From contig CAZXAJ010000006.1 in NCBI GenBank assembly GCA_964638975.1, positions 33,301 through 97,300 of the forward strand: a stretch of 64,000 nucleotides of DNA, in the 5' to 3' direction. Within the stretch, counting starts at the first letter, position 1. Each line of letters starts with the position of its first letter. Position numbers and translations under genes: made by a program. The notes beneath the pieces are model-generated. The model was not told the DNA's origin. It saw only the letters and a program-made list of their open reading frames with translations, and ran no database searches. Positions 1 through 9,674 of this stretch are shown piece after piece. Source of the stretch: an uncultured Dehalococcoidales bacterium (GTDB taxonomy: Bacteria > Chloroflexota > Dehalococcoidia > GIF9 > AB-539-J10).

Positions 1-195
1 GAGGATGTAGAGCTTATGAATACGGATTTTTTTAATGCTAAGTTTATTAAATGTACATTTAATAAGATAGACTTCATAAATGCATTTAATATTGAACATC
101 TAAATTTCATTGAGTGTGACTTTGCTCAAATAAATGTATTTGGCAAAAATGCTGAAAGTTTAAGTAAATTGCTGGGAGAATCCAAATCAAATTAA
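1..195 (+). CDS. Pentapeptide-repeat protein, 3' partial (runs off the window start)
   Basis: Frame 1 is open from nt 1 to TAA at 193-195. The translation (NTDFF NAKFI KCTFN KIDFI NAFNI EHLNF IECDF) has 5-residue periodicity with a central F/L. It is very AT-rich compared with the rest of the window. Confidence 0.6.
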   Translation, partial: EDVELMNTDFFNAKFIKCTFNKIDFINAFNIEHLNFIECDFAQINVFGKNAESLSKLLGESKSN

Positions 196-374
196 CCGCC
201 CGAACAAACTCTGCGACTGCTTGCAACCCTATCCTTTAGGGCATATAACAAAGGTAAAATATTCCGCTTTGCTCTGTCTAAACTCGACTTCGCCAAACTT
301 ATTTTATATCAGGACCGCTAAGCGGAATTTAGCACCGAGATTCAGTCCAGATTGCTGACTTTGGTTTCAGAGGG

Positions 375-2792
375 TCAGTCCCTCAGAGCAGCACCCAGCT
401 CCTGATTCAGTCTGCCGAGCATCTGCTCTTGAGTTTGGTCAACTTCCTCATCAGTCAGGGTATGCCTGGGCGATTGATAGACAATCCTTATGGCAAAAGA
501 TTTCTTGCCCCCGGGTATCTGCTCACCTCTGTAAAGGTCAAAGAGAATTATCTGCGTTACCAGGGGGAAGCTTTCGATTATCTCCGCCACCCTTCGATAG
601 CTCACTTGCTCATCCACTACTAAAGCGATGTCCCGGGCGACGCTGGGAAAGCGTAGAATAGACTGGTATTCCTTTATCCCGGTAATCCTGGCCAACAGCT
701 TCTCCAGGTCAATTTCTATAAGGCTAGCAGCGTCAGCAAGCTCAAAAGCCTGCGCTACCATGGGATGCAGGTCACCGACAATGCCCACCCTGTCATTATC
801 GATAATTATGTCAGCCCCTCTACCCGGAAATAGACCTTCATCATCGCTAAGCTCAAAACTCGCCTTCAGTCCCAACTGGGTCAGGACATTTTCCACTGCC
901 CCCCTGGCGTCAAAGAAATCGAGCGGCTCTCCACCAGCCTGCCAGGACAATTCCGCCCTTGGGCCGCTGAGCACGGCGCAGAGCATCTCCCTCTCTTCAG
1001 GCAATTCCTTGCCCTGCGGCAAGAATGCCTTGCCAATTTCAAAGAGCCTTATACCTGATTGCTCAAACTTCTGGTTATGTGCCAACGTGGCCAGAAGACC
1101 GGCCCGTAAACTGGTACGCAGGTATTCTTGCTCCCTCGTCATAGGGTTGGCTACCTTTAAGGGCGAAATTTTCAACTCAAGCTTGGGGGAAAGCTTCTGC
1201 AGCTTTTCCAGGCTGACTAAAGAATAAGTTAGTATCTCTTGAAAGCCCAAGCCGGTCAGAATACCTCTTAATTTCCCCTTGAGGTCACTCTGCCGCGCCG
1301 ACAGCGACAATCTTGATTCCTGTTGAGGCAAAGGAGAGCTGAGCCTGGTCATAGGAACTTTATCGTAGCCGATGATGCGGACTACCTCCTCCACGAGGTC
1401 GGCAGGGCATTTAATATCGCTGCGCCAGTAAGGCACTCCTACCGAAATTTGGGAACCTGAATCGCTCTCCTGGCACTCAAAGCCCAAGGACTTTAATACC
1501 CTGAGCATTTCATCAACAGCGACTTCCAAACCCGAAAGGCGCTGCACTTCCCGGGCGGTAAGCAATATGGGCTCTGGTTTTGATTTCCCGGGGTAAACGT
1601 CAATCACGCCCCTGGCTGCTCTGCCACCGGCTAGCTCCACCAGCAATTGAGTGGCCCGCTTCAGCGGCAGAAGAGGGAGGTCACTATTAAGCCCTTTGTC
1701 AAAGCGAATCGAGGCCTCGCTCTGGAATTGAAGATGGCCACAGCCCCGACGGATGGCAACCTGGTTGAAATTCGCCGACTCCAGGAGGATAGTGTCAGTT
1801 TTGTCCGTAACTTCGGAATCCAGGCCACCCATGACTCCAGCGACAGCGATGGCATCTTCCTTGTCGGCGATAACCAGTATATCCGGGTTAAGGGCACGCT
1901 CTGTCCCATCGAGGGTAGTCATGCTTTCGCCATTTCCGGCACTGCGAACGACAATTTGCCTGCCCTTAAGCTTATGATAATCAAAAGCGTGAAGGGGCTG
2001 ACCATATTCCAGCATCACATAATTGGTAACATCAACAACATTGTTAATGGGACGCATACCGCAGCTATTCAGATACTGCTGTAGCCAGGGCGGAGAGGGG
2101 GCTATCTTTATTCCGGTAATCAGACTCGCACAGTACCTGGGGCATAATTCCGGCTCGACTATGTCAACGGAGGCAAAGGTGTCTATCGATTCTTCCCTTT
2201 CTTCATAGTCGATTTGAGGTAAGTGCAGTGCTTCACCAGTTAAGGCAGCGATTTCTCGGGCGATACCAATTACGGATAGGCAGTCTGGGCGGTTGGGTGT
2301 TATGTCTAAGTCAAAAACTACATCGCCCAGATAGGCAGCGAGAGGCGCGCCTATGGATGCCTCCTGCGGCAGTACCAAAATGCCCTCGTGACTCTCGGAA
2401 ATCCCCAGCTCCTTCTCCGAGCAGACCATGCCCTCGGAGACGACGCCGCGAATTTTAGCCGGCTTTAGCGCTACAGCTTCTCCGCTGTGAGCATCTATAA
2501 GCCGGGCTCCTACTTGGGCAAAAGGCACCCTCTGACCAATGCCTATATTGGGAGCACCACAAACTACGGTGGACTGTTGGGTGCCGAGGTCAACTGTGGC
2601 TAGCTTAAGACGGTCCGCATTGGGATGAGGGCTTACAGCTATTACTTCCCCTATCACTACATTATCCCAGGCGCCACCTGTAGTCTGTATGCCCTTGACT
2701 TCCAGGCCAGCCATGCTCAGTCTCTCGGCTAGTTCTTTCGGGGCGAGTTTTATGTCAACATAATCCTTGAGCCATTTGAGAGAAACCTTCAT
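375..2792 (-). CDS. pheT: Phenylalanine--tRNA ligase beta subunit
   Basis: 805 aa. N-terminal tRNA-binding domain (VVIGEVIAVSPHPNADRLKLATVDLG), B3/4 and FDX-ACB-like C-terminus. Lies directly downstream of pheS. Confidence 0.97.
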   Translation of the reverse strand: MKVSLKWLKDYVDIKLAPKELAERLSMAGLEVKGIQTTGGAWDNVVIGEVIAVSPHPNADRLKLATVDLGTQQSTVVCGAPNIGIGQRVPFAQVGARLIDAHSGEAVALKPAKIRGVVSEGMVCSEKELGISESHEGILVLPQEASIGAPLAAYLGDVVFDLDITPNRPDCLSVIGIAREIAALTGEALHLPQIDYEEREESIDTFASVDIVEPELCPRYCASLITGIKIAPSPPWLQQYLNSCGMRPINNVVDVTNYVMLEYGQPLHAFDYHKLKGRQIVVRSAGNGESMTTLDGTERALNPDILVIADKEDAIAVAGVMGGLDSEVTDKTDTILLESANFNQVAIRRGCGHLQFQSEASIRFDKGLNSDLPLLPLKRATQLLVELAGGRAARGVIDVYPGKSKPEPILLTAREVQRLSGLEVAVDEMLRVLKSLGFECQESDSGSQISVGVPYWRSDIKCPADLVEEVVRIIGYDKVPMTRLSSPLPQQESRLSLSARQSDLKGKLRGILTGLGFQEILTYSLVSLEKLQKLSPKLELKISPLKVANPMTREQEYLRTSLRAGLLATLAHNQKFEQSGIRLFEIGKAFLPQGKELPEEREMLCAVLSGPRAELSWQAGGEPLDFFDARGAVENVLTQLGLKASFELSDDEGLFPGRGADIIIDNDRVGIVGDLHPMVAQAFELADAASLIEIDLEKLLARITGIKEYQSILRFPSVARDIALVVDEQVSYRRVAEIIESFPLVTQIILFDLYRGEQIPGGKKSFAIRIVYQSPRHTLTDEEVDQTQEQMLGRLNQELGAALRD

Positions 2793-2808
2793 GCTGTCAC
2801 CTTAACAT

Positions 2809-3873
2809 CTAGAACTGCTTTAGAAACCTGAGGTCATTGCCGTAAAAGAGACGAATGTCATCGATACCATGGCGGAGTATAGGTATGCGCTCAACTCCCA
2901 ACCCGAAGGCAAAACCACTGTAGAGCTCAGGGTCAATATCGACGCGTGACAGGACCTCGGGATGCACCATGCCCGCACCTAATATTTCGATCCAGCCGCT
3001 GTAGCTGCAGAGCCGGCAGCCAGCCCCATCACAAGCTGAACATCTGATAGCTACTTCCACCCCGGGTTCCACAAAAGGAAAGTAATCGCAGCGGAAGCGC
3101 ACTTTCCTTTCCTCACCGAAAAGGCAGCGGCAAAATTCAAACAAAGTGCCTTTTAAATCCGCCAGGGTGATGTTCTTATCCACAGCTAAACCTTCAACCT
3201 GATAAAACATAGATTCGTGAGTGGCATCAGTCGCTTCATATCTGTAGGTTCGCCCCGGCACTATGGCCCTTATTGGCGGGCGTTCCTTCTCCATCAACCT
3301 AATCTGCATTGGGGAAGTATGGGTGCGCAGAAGCCTGGCTTTGCCTCCCATACCAGCATCTATCCATAGGGTGGCAAACATATCTCGCGCAGGATGATGC
3401 TGAGGAATGTTTAGGGCCTCAAAGTTGTAGTAATCCCACTCCACATCAGGCCCCTCGATTACCTGGAAGCCCATATTTTTGAAAACATCGCAAATCTCGT
3501 TAAGTATCTGAGTAGTGGGATGAAGTCGCCCTGTTGGGAGAGGCCGACCAGGCAAGGTAACATCTAATCCTTGGGACTCCAAAGGAGAAGTCAAAAGGGC
3601 TTCCTGTAATAATTTTTCCTTCTCGCTCAGATTTGACTCTAAAGCCCTCTTAATTTCGTTAGCCTGGGCACCCATCTCTCGCCGTTCTTCCAAAGGCAGG
3701 GTAGCCAAGGAACGTAGAATTTGCGTTAGTCTGCTTTTCTTACCTAAGTAGCGAACTCGCCACGACTCTAGCTCCCGAGGATTATCAATTTTTTTTAGCT
3801 CATCGAGAGCTTGTGCATGAAGGCCTTTGAGTTGTTCCAGCATTAACTGCCAAGTAGTGTTATCTCTGTTCAA
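2809..3873 (-). CDS. pheS: Phenylalanine--tRNA ligase alpha subunit
   Basis: 354 aa with a class II aaRS core ([26 protein letters not shown]). Conserved pheS-pheT pairing. Confidence 0.97.
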   Translation of the reverse strand: MNRDNTTWQLMLEQLKGLHAQALDELKKIDNPRELESWRVRYLGKKSRLTQILRSLATLPLEERREMGAQANEIKRALESNLSEKEKLLQEALLTSPLESQGLDVTLPGRPLPTGRLHPTTQILNEICDVFKNMGFQVIEGPDVEWDYYNFEALNIPQHHPARDMFATLWIDAGMGGKARLLRTHTSPMQIRLMEKERPPIRAIVPGRTYRYEATDATHESMFYQVEGLAVDKNITLADLKGTLFEFCRCLFGEERKVRFRCDYFPFVEPGVEVAIRCSACDGAGCRLCSYSGWIEILGAGMVHPEVLSRVDIDPELYSGFAFGLGVERIPILRHGIDDIRLFYGNDLRFLKQF

Positions 3874-3900
3874 AGTTCTTGGAAGTTTCGGGGCATAATG

Positions 3901-4269
3901 TCATTGCAGGCCTGGTGAGTTAACCTCAGTTACCGAAGCTACCAATGTAGCAAAACCTTCAGGGTCTTTGACTGCCATCTCGGCCAACATCTTTCGATTG
4001 ATTTCTATATTTGATTCTTTTAATCTCGCTATGAACTGACTGTAAGTAAGCCCTCCAGCTCGCGCAGCAGCATTAATGCGAGTAATCCATAGCCTTCTGA
4101 AGTCGCCTTTCCGCTCACGACGATGCCGATAGGAATAATCCAGGGCATGAAGCATGGACTCATGAGCATCACGATATAAAGCATGCCTACTCCCCCTATG
4201 CCCTTTAGTCAGCGCAAGTACCTTTTTATGTCGTCTGTGGGTAACTTTCCCACTTCTAGCTCGTGGCAA
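3901..4269 (-). CDS. rplT: 50S ribosomal protein L20
   Basis: 122 aa, MPRARSGKVTHRRHKKVLALTKGHRG..., in the infC-rpmI-rplT order. Confidence 0.97.
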   Translation of the reverse strand: MPRARSGKVTHRRHKKVLALTKGHRGSRHALYRDAHESMLHALDYSYRHRRERKGDFRRLWITRINAAARAGGLTYSQFIARLKESNIEINRKMLAEMAVKDPEGFATLVASVTEVNSPGLQ

Positions 4270-4291
4270 GATTCCTCCCTTTACTCCATAA

Positions 4292-4489
4292 TTATTTATA
4301 AGGCAAAAGTCTCTTCAGTCGCTTCTCATCTGCAGAAGAAACTGGAATTCTTTCATCATAGAGGCGCTTAGTTCTAGGAGCCTTTTTCCGTCTCAAATGA
4401 CTCTTGCCGCATTTAGTACGCATGAGCTTGCCGCTACCCGTTATATGAAAGCGGCTCCTTGCCCCCTTATGGGTTTTGAGTTTTGGCAT
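4292..4489 (-). CDS. rpmI: 50S ribosomal protein L35
   Basis: 65 aa, MPKLKTHKGARSRFHITGSGK... Its start lies 23 nt inside the infC 3' end. Confidence 0.95.
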   Translation of the reverse strand: MPKLKTHKGARSRFHITGSGKLMRTKCGKSHLRRKKAPRTKRLYDERIPVSSADEKRLKRLLPYK

Positions 4490-5021
4490 CTGTTCCTCCC
4501 TCCTTAGATTTCTTGAGGGAAACCGGGGATAAAACCAAGGCTATACTTCTCGCCTCATTAACGGAGCTAGTTACTGCAGCTATCTCCTTCGAGGCTTCAG
4601 TTACCTTCTGCAGCACCTTCCAACCTAGTTCAGGATAAACAACTTCACGCCCTCTGAACCTTAGTACCAACCTTACTTTATTGCCCTCCTCTAATAATTT
4701 CTTCGTAGTCCTAATTTTGGCCTGTAAATCATGTTCCTCTATCTTCGGTCTTAAACGGACCTCCTTAAGTAAGCCAACTCTTTGACCCCTCTTCGCCTTG
4801 CGTTCCTTTTTAGTTTGCTCATATTTATACCTACCATAATCAAGAAGTCGACACACCGGCGGAGCCGCCGTTGATGCCACCTGCACCAAATCAAAGCCCT
4901 GCTCCCGAGCAATTTGTAATGCTTTTTGCAGAGGCACCACGCCAAGTTGTTCCCCCTCCCCTCCTATGAGGCGAACCTCCCGGGCTCTGATTCTCCTATT
5001 AGTTGGTAATTCTTTAACTAT
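4467..5021 (-). CDS. infC: Translation initiation factor IF-3, probably with a non-AUG (ATA) start
   Basis: The track ORF starts at GTG 4940, but the frame stays open upstream and encodes I-VKELPTNRRIRAREVRLIGGEGEQLGV, the conserved IF-3 N-terminus. The first plausible initiator is ATA at 5021-5019. There is no in-frame ATG. Confidence 0.88.
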   Translation of the reverse strand: MVKELPTNRRIRAREVRLIGGEGEQLGVVPLQKALQIAREQGFDLVQVASTAAPPVCRLLDYGRYKYEQTKKERKAKRGQRVGLLKEVRLRPKIEEHDLQAKIRTTKKLLEEGNKVRLVLRFRGREVVYPELGWKVLQKVTEASKEIAAVTSSVNEARSIALVLSPVSLKKSKEGGTDAKTQNP

Positions 5022-5046
5022 GCCCTTTCTACCCCCAGAACAGTAT

Positions 5047-6777
5047 TCAAGACTTAGCCTCTATAGCTGCCCTTATTCTATTTTTAACTTGTACCAAACT
5101 CTCTAAGCCCAGGTCCTCGCCACTCCTTAAGCGAACTGACGCACTGGACGAAGCCATTTCCTTATCACCGACTATAAGCATATACGGGACTTTCTCCAAT
5201 TGAGCTTCCCTTACCTTCAGATTCATTCTCTCCGAGCGGTCGTCCACTTGAACTCTGATACCCTCATTTTTAAAATCGCTCTCTATCTCATTAGCATAGC
5301 CGACATGCCTATCTGCTATGGGAATTACTATTGTTTGAATCGGCGATAACCATACTGGGAAGGCAGCACCGTAATGCTCTGTAAGGCAAGCTAAAAAACG
5401 CTCCATGCTACCTAAAACTGTGCGATGTATCATAACCGCATTATGCTCCAAGCCATCTTCACCAATATAACAGACATTAAAGCGTTGTGGCAAATTAAAA
5501 TCGACCTGTATAGTCGGACCTTGCCAAACATGCCCTAAAGCGTCCTTGACCTTAATATCGATTTTAGGCCCGTAGAAAACCCCTTCGCCAGGGTCCACCT
5601 CGTAACGCAAGTCAAGCCCCTCTAAAACGCGTTTAAGGGATTCTGTGGCCTCCTCCCACATTAGAACCGTGCCAGAATATTTCTCAGGGCGCGTTGATAA
5701 CAACAATTCATACTCATCAAAGCCAAAGGTAGTCATCATGAATTGTGCCAACTTCAGAACTTCCATTACCTCCTCTTCAACCTGGTCTGGTCGGCAGAAA
5801 ATATGGGCATCGTCTTGAGTAAATCCCCTTACCCTGGCAAGACCATATAGTACGCCGGTTCGTTCATACCTGTATACTGTGCCCAACTCGGCATACCGCA
5901 AAGGCAAAATACGATAACTGCGCAATTTGCTTTTATAAATCAAAATATGCCCCAAGCAATTCATGGGCCTTAGCATATATTGTTGGCCTTCAATTTCCAT
6001 CGGTGAGAATAGATAGTCCCGGTAGAATTCCCAATGCCCGCTAGTTTTCCATAAATCTAGCTTGGCAATATGGGGGGTGTAGACAATATCATAGCCGCGC
6101 TTGATGTGCTCTGCCCTCCAGAACTCCTCTATGGTCTGTCGGATTAAAGCACCTCTGGGATGCCAGCAAATTAAGCCAGGACCAATTTCTTCATGAGTAC
6201 TGAAAAGGTCAAGCTCTTTGCCTAGCTTCCTATGGTCCCGTTTGGTAGCTTCAGCTTGACGCGACAAATAATCCTCAAGCTCCTCCCTGCTTCCAAAAGC
6301 TACACCGTAAATTCTTTGCAGCATGGGTTGCTTTTCATCACCTCGCCAATATGCTCCAGCTATATGAGTAAGCTTAAACGCTTTTACTCCACCTGTAGAC
6401 GCTAGATGGGGGCCACGACACAAATCGGTGAAGGAACCTTGCTTGTAAGTAGTTACAGCAGTATCAGGGATCTCGTCGATAAGCTCCAATTTATAAGGCT
6501 GGGTGGCAAAGAGCTGTCGTGCTTCCTCTTTGCTTATCTCCTGTGTAACGAATGGCGAATTCTGACTGATGATCTCTCTCATCTTGTTTTCAATTACGGG
6601 CAAATCATCCGGTGTTAATGGGCGTGGCAGGTCAAAGTCGTAATAGAAGCCATTCTCTATAGTCGGTCCGATTCCAAATTTAGCCTCAGGAAAAAGATAT
6701 TGTACGGCCTCAGCCATGATGTGAGCCGCAGAATGCCGCATCCGTTCCAGTTGCTCATCCTTTTTTTTCGAGCTCAT
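5047..6777 (-). CDS. thrS: Threonine--tRNA ligase (no N-terminal TGS domain)
   Basis: 576 aa. It begins at the editing/SAD domain (RHSAAHIMAEAV, HxxxH), followed by the class II catalytic core (VYRYERTGVLYGLARVRGFTQDDAHIF) and the anticodon-binding domain. Confidence 0.96.
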   Translation of the reverse strand: MSSKKKDEQLERMRHSAAHIMAEAVQYLFPEAKFGIGPTIENGFYYDFDLPRPLTPDDLPVIENKMREIISQNSPFVTQEISKEEARQLFATQPYKLELIDEIPDTAVTTYKQGSFTDLCRGPHLASTGGVKAFKLTHIAGAYWRGDEKQPMLQRIYGVAFGSREELEDYLSRQAEATKRDHRKLGKELDLFSTHEEIGPGLICWHPRGALIRQTIEEFWRAEHIKRGYDIVYTPHIAKLDLWKTSGHWEFYRDYLFSPMEIEGQQYMLRPMNCLGHILIYKSKLRSYRILPLRYAELGTVYRYERTGVLYGLARVRGFTQDDAHIFCRPDQVEEEVMEVLKLAQFMMTTFGFDEYELLLSTRPEKYSGTVLMWEEATESLKRVLEGLDLRYEVDPGEGVFYGPKIDIKVKDALGHVWQGPTIQVDFNLPQRFNVCYIGEDGLEHNAVMIHRTVLGSMERFLACLTEHYGAAFPVWLSPIQTIVIPIADRHVGYANEIESDFKNEGIRVQVDDRSERMNLKVREAQLEKVPYMLIVGDKEMASSSASVRLRSGEDLGLESLVQVKNRIRAAIEAKS

Positions 6778-6828
6778 CTCGAACTTCCCATTCTAAAAAT
6801 GGCACCCAAATATCATTTCATCAAAAAG

Positions 6829-6901
6829 TGGGCGGTACTGGACTTGAACCAGTGACCTCTGCGATGTCAACGCAGCGCTCTAACCACTGAGCTAACCGCC
6901 C
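6829..6901 (-). tRNA. tRNA-Val (anticodon GAC); CCA not encoded
   Basis: The reverse complement GGGCGGTTAGCTCAGTGGTTAGAGCGCTGCGTTGACATCGCAGAGGTCACTGGTTCAAGTCCAGTACCGCCCA folds as a cloverleaf: 7-bp acceptor, GCTC/GAGC D-stem, CTGCG/CGCAG anticodon stem with loop TTGACAT, and ACTGG/CCAGT T-stem with loop TTCAAGT. Confidence 0.95.
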
Positions 6902-7031
6902 GTTGGGCGATTGTAGCAAACACAGCTAAACGGGTCAAACCTTCGATAGTACGACAGAAATAGAAGATTAGTTCTCATTAGGTGGCTTGGAAATTAAGCA
7001 TTAATAAAGAGTACAGTGCCTACTGTGTTGA

Positions 7032-7271
7032 TTATTCTTTACCTCGCAGCCTCACACCACTGGTGACATTGATCTGTATAGTTTGACCACAATTAGGGCA
7101 GGTTACTTCCAGAACAAGAGGTCTTCCCATCACCCTTTCTACAAGTGATGTCACTACAGAATCCATATTGTCTAGCCTATCATCTAACATATCGAGACGC
7201 TTAATTACCTGGCCTATGTCTAGGTCCCGTTTAGCATGTTTAACTGGATCATATTTATCTTGTGGAAGCAA
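7032..7271 (-). CDS. Hypothetical small protein with a coiled-coil-like N-terminus and a single CPNC motif
   Basis: 79-aa ORF starting 1 nt after the stop of the upstream 106-aa ORF. I recognised no family. Confidence 0.5.
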   Translation of the reverse strand: MLPQDKYDPVKHAKRDLDIGQVIKRLDMLDDRLDNMDSVVTSLVERVMGRPLVLEVTCPNCGQTIQINVTSGVRLRGKE

Positions 7272-7272
7272 T

Positions 7273-7593
7273 TTATAGACCCTTCTCTACAACGCCCAAT
7301 GATTCTAGCTCAGCTTTATCAGTTTTCATTAAATTGTCTATTTGCTCGGAGATGGTACGCTCCAAATACTTACGAAAAGCTTCCCGAGCTGCCGGTGATG
7401 ACCTCACTGCTTCCTTTACCCTCTGCCATTCATCGGAGATTACTTCGTTCATCTGCTCAACGCTTATGGGCTGTTTTCCCTGCCATAAGTCTTCTATCCT
7501 ATCCAAAACTCTGCTTGTCATAGCTCTCTTAATGCGATCAAAGGAGAGTATCTCCTCCGGAGTATATGGTTGCCCTGCTTTTCTCTCAGACAC
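7273..7593 (-). CDS. Hypothetical protein (helical, charged)
   Basis: 106-aa ORF tightly coupled to 7032-7271. The + strand ORFs overlapping it look like shadow frames. Confidence 0.55.
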   Translation of the reverse strand: MSERKAGQPYTPEEILSFDRIKRAMTSRVLDRIEDLWQGKQPISVEQMNEVISDEWQRVKEAVRSSPAAREAFRKYLERTISEQIDNLMKTDKAELESLGVVEKGL

Positions 7594-7734
7594 GGTTCAT
7601 TCCCTCCAATCAGCTTTATTTAACGATATTATCATAAGTGGAGCAGCGCGACTTGTCAAGGCATGAAATAATTATTTATATTGATTTTTGATTGCAAAGG
7701 GTGTATTTTATCTAAGCAGAGGAGGAACCTGAAG

Positions 7735-7989
7735 ATGGAAGAAGTAGAAATTGGGAATGTGTCAGATTTTTTTGCTAAGCCTGTGGTAGCTGGCATAGCG
7801 TTAAGCGGCACACTGAAAATAGGTGACAAAATTCATATCCGGGGCAGCACCACAGATATGGAACTGGCTGTAGAATCTATGCAGATCGAACGCACCAACA
7901 TCACTGAGGCTAAGCCCGGCGACCTTGTGGGTATAAAAGTACCCGATAGAGTAAGGCGAGGTGACAAAGTCTATAAGGTCACTGAATAG
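7735..7989 (+). CDS. EF-Tu domain-2-like beta-barrel protein (translation elongation factor-like)
   Basis: ATG at 7735 is preceded by GAGGAGG (7719-7725). The pattern ...IGDKIHIRG...[23 protein letters not shown]...RGDKVY resembles the GTP_EFTU_D2 barrel. The TTG at 7681 in the track is probably too far upstream. Confidence 0.6.
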   Translation: MEEVEIGNVSDFFAKPVVAGIALSGTLKIGDKIHIRGSTTDMELAVESMQIERTNITEAKPGDLVGIKVPDRVRRGDKVYKVTE

Positions 7990-8449
7990 CCTTAAGCAAA
8001 TTTGCCATTTCAATAGCGCCTACCGCAGCATCAAAGCCCTTGTTGCCCTCTTTAGCCCCAGCCCTCTGGATAGCCTGCTCCAAAGTATCAGCAGTAATGA
8101 TACCTTGTATTATCGGTAAGCCAGTATCCAAGCTCACCCTGCCAATTCCCCTGTTTACCTCAGAAGCAACATACTCGGAATGTGGGGTGCCGCCACGAAT
8201 TACCGCGCCAAGGCATACTATAGCATTGTACTTATTACTCTGTGCCAAATTTTTGCTTACAAGCGGGATCTCTAAACAACCTGGGGTCCAGACAATGTCG
8301 ATGTCCCCCTCATTGACACCGTGACGCAACAAAGCATCCTTTGCCCCCTCAACGAGCTTAGTGGTTATTAACTCATTAAAACGAGCAACAACCATGGCAA
8401 ACTTAAGACCTTTCCCTATCAGGATACCTTCGTAATGCTTAGCCATCAT
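7979..8449 (-). CDS. ribH: 6,7-dimethyl-8-ribityllumazine synthase
   Basis: 156 aa, [18 protein letters not shown]..., last gene of the rib operon. Confidence 0.95.
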   Translation of the reverse strand: MMAKHYEGILIGKGLKFAMVVARFNELITTKLVEGAKDALLRHGVNEGDIDIVWTPGCLEIPLVSKNLAQSNKYNAIVCLGAVIRGGTPHSEYVASEVNRGIGRVSLDTGLPIIQGIITADTLEQAIQRAGAKEGNKGFDAAVGAIEMANLLKAIQ

Positions 8450-9674
8450 TTACCTCCTGTATACCTAAAAGATGCCCTAATTTCTTTTGTTTGGTTTCCA
8501 GATAGCGGATATTGTAAGGAGTAGATGGAGCTATTAGCGGAACGGTCTCCACTATCTTAATTCCATAGCTCTCCAACCCAATCACCTTCTTCGGATTATT
8601 GGTAAGCAATCTAATATTATGTAAACCTAGGTCGGCCAAAATCTGGGCGCCCACTCCGTAATCTCTCAAATCAGGACCAAAACCTAAAGCTATATTAGCC
8701 TCCACAGTATCCATTCCTTGATCCTGAAGAGCATAGGCGCGGAGCTTATTGTGAAACCCGATTCCCCTCCCCTCCTGTCTCATATAAAGAAAAACACCTC
8801 GATCTTCTTTGGCTATGCGCTGCAAAGCCATGCCAACCTGAGCTCCGCAATCGCATCTCAAACTACCAAAGACATCTCCAGTCAGGCATTCGCTATGTAC
8901 ACGTACCAGCACTGGCTTATCATTCGATATGTCGCCTTTGATTAGAGCCATATGTTCAGCGGCATCGACAGCGCTCTTATAAGCTATAGCAGTGAATTCG
9001 CCATGCTTTGTGGGCAGCTTAGCCTCAGTTACTCTTTGTACCAGTTTTTCATGGCGAAGACGATAGGCAATCAAATCAGCGATGGTTACAAGCTTCAAGT
9101 CGAACTTAGAGGCCATAGCCTCAAGCTGAGGCAGATGGGCCATAGTGCCATCCTCGTCCATAATCTCACATATGACACCAGCAGGATAAAGTCCAGCCAG
9201 CCTAGCCAAATCAACAGAAGCTTCGGTATGTCCTGCTCGTACTAGCACCCCACCTTCCCTGGCTCGAATAGGAAATATATGTCCTGGCTGAGCCAAGTCA
9301 CCCGAATTAGTATTAGGGTCGAGCACCGTTTTTACGGTCTGGGCCCGATCGAATGCAGAAATGCCGGTAGTAACTTCATCCTTCGCCTCGATGGAGACTG
9401 TGAAGGCGGTAGAATGCCGTGAGGTATTATTCGAAACCATGAGCGGTATTCCTAATTCATCGAGCCTTTGACCAATAATAGGAAGGCAAATCAGTCCCCG
9501 ACCATACTTAGCCATAAAATTTATAGCTTCGGGAGTAACCTTCTCGGCAGCCATGACCAAGTCTCCTTCATTTTCACGAGACTCATCATCGATGAGAATA
9601 ATAAACTTGCCTGCCTTTATATCTTTAATCGCCTCCGAAATGCTAGCTAGCATCTGTTCCCTCCACAAATCCAT
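8439..9674 (-). CDS. ribBA: Bifunctional 3,4-dihydroxy-2-butanone-4-phosphate synthase / GTP cyclohydrolase II
   Basis: 411 aa with a DHBP synthase motif ([16 protein letters not shown]) and a GCH-II motif ([20 protein letters not shown]). An alternative start at 9653 is possible. Confidence 0.95.
   Translation of the reverse strand: MDLWREQMLASISEAIKDIKAGKFIILIDDESRENEGDLVMAAEKVTPEAINFMAKYGRGLICLPIIGQRLDELGIPLMVSNNTSRHSTAFTVSIEAKDEVTTGISAFDRAQTVKTVLDPNTNSGDLAQPGHIFPIRAREGGVLVRAGHTEASVDLARLAGLYPAGVICEIMDEDGTMAHLPQLEAMASKFDLKLVTIADLIAYRLRHEKLVQRVTEAKLPTKHGEFTAIAYKSAVDAAEHMALIKGDISNDKPVLVRVHSECLTGDVFGSLRCDCGAQVGMALQRIAKEDRGVFLYMRQEGRGIGFHNKLRAYALQDQGMDTVEANIALGFGPDLRDYGVGAQILADLGLHNIRLLTNNPKKVIGLESYGIKIVETVPLIAPSTPYNIRYLETKQKKLGHLLGIQEVNDG

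Noticed and set aside
628-1227. Long antisense or shadow ORFs inside confirmed genes. This one is an example; others are 25761-26258, 39879-40463, 45716-46120, 50162-50704 and 58271-58910.
   Set aside because: They overlap strongly supported genes on the opposite strand or in other frames, are Ser/Pro/Arg/Ala-rich as expected for shadow frames, and carry no recognisable motifs.
7979-7989. 11-nt convergent overlap between the EF-Tu-domain-like gene and ribH.
   Set aside because: This is a real feature of the coordinates, but short 3'-3' overlaps are common in compact genomes and there is no evidence of function.
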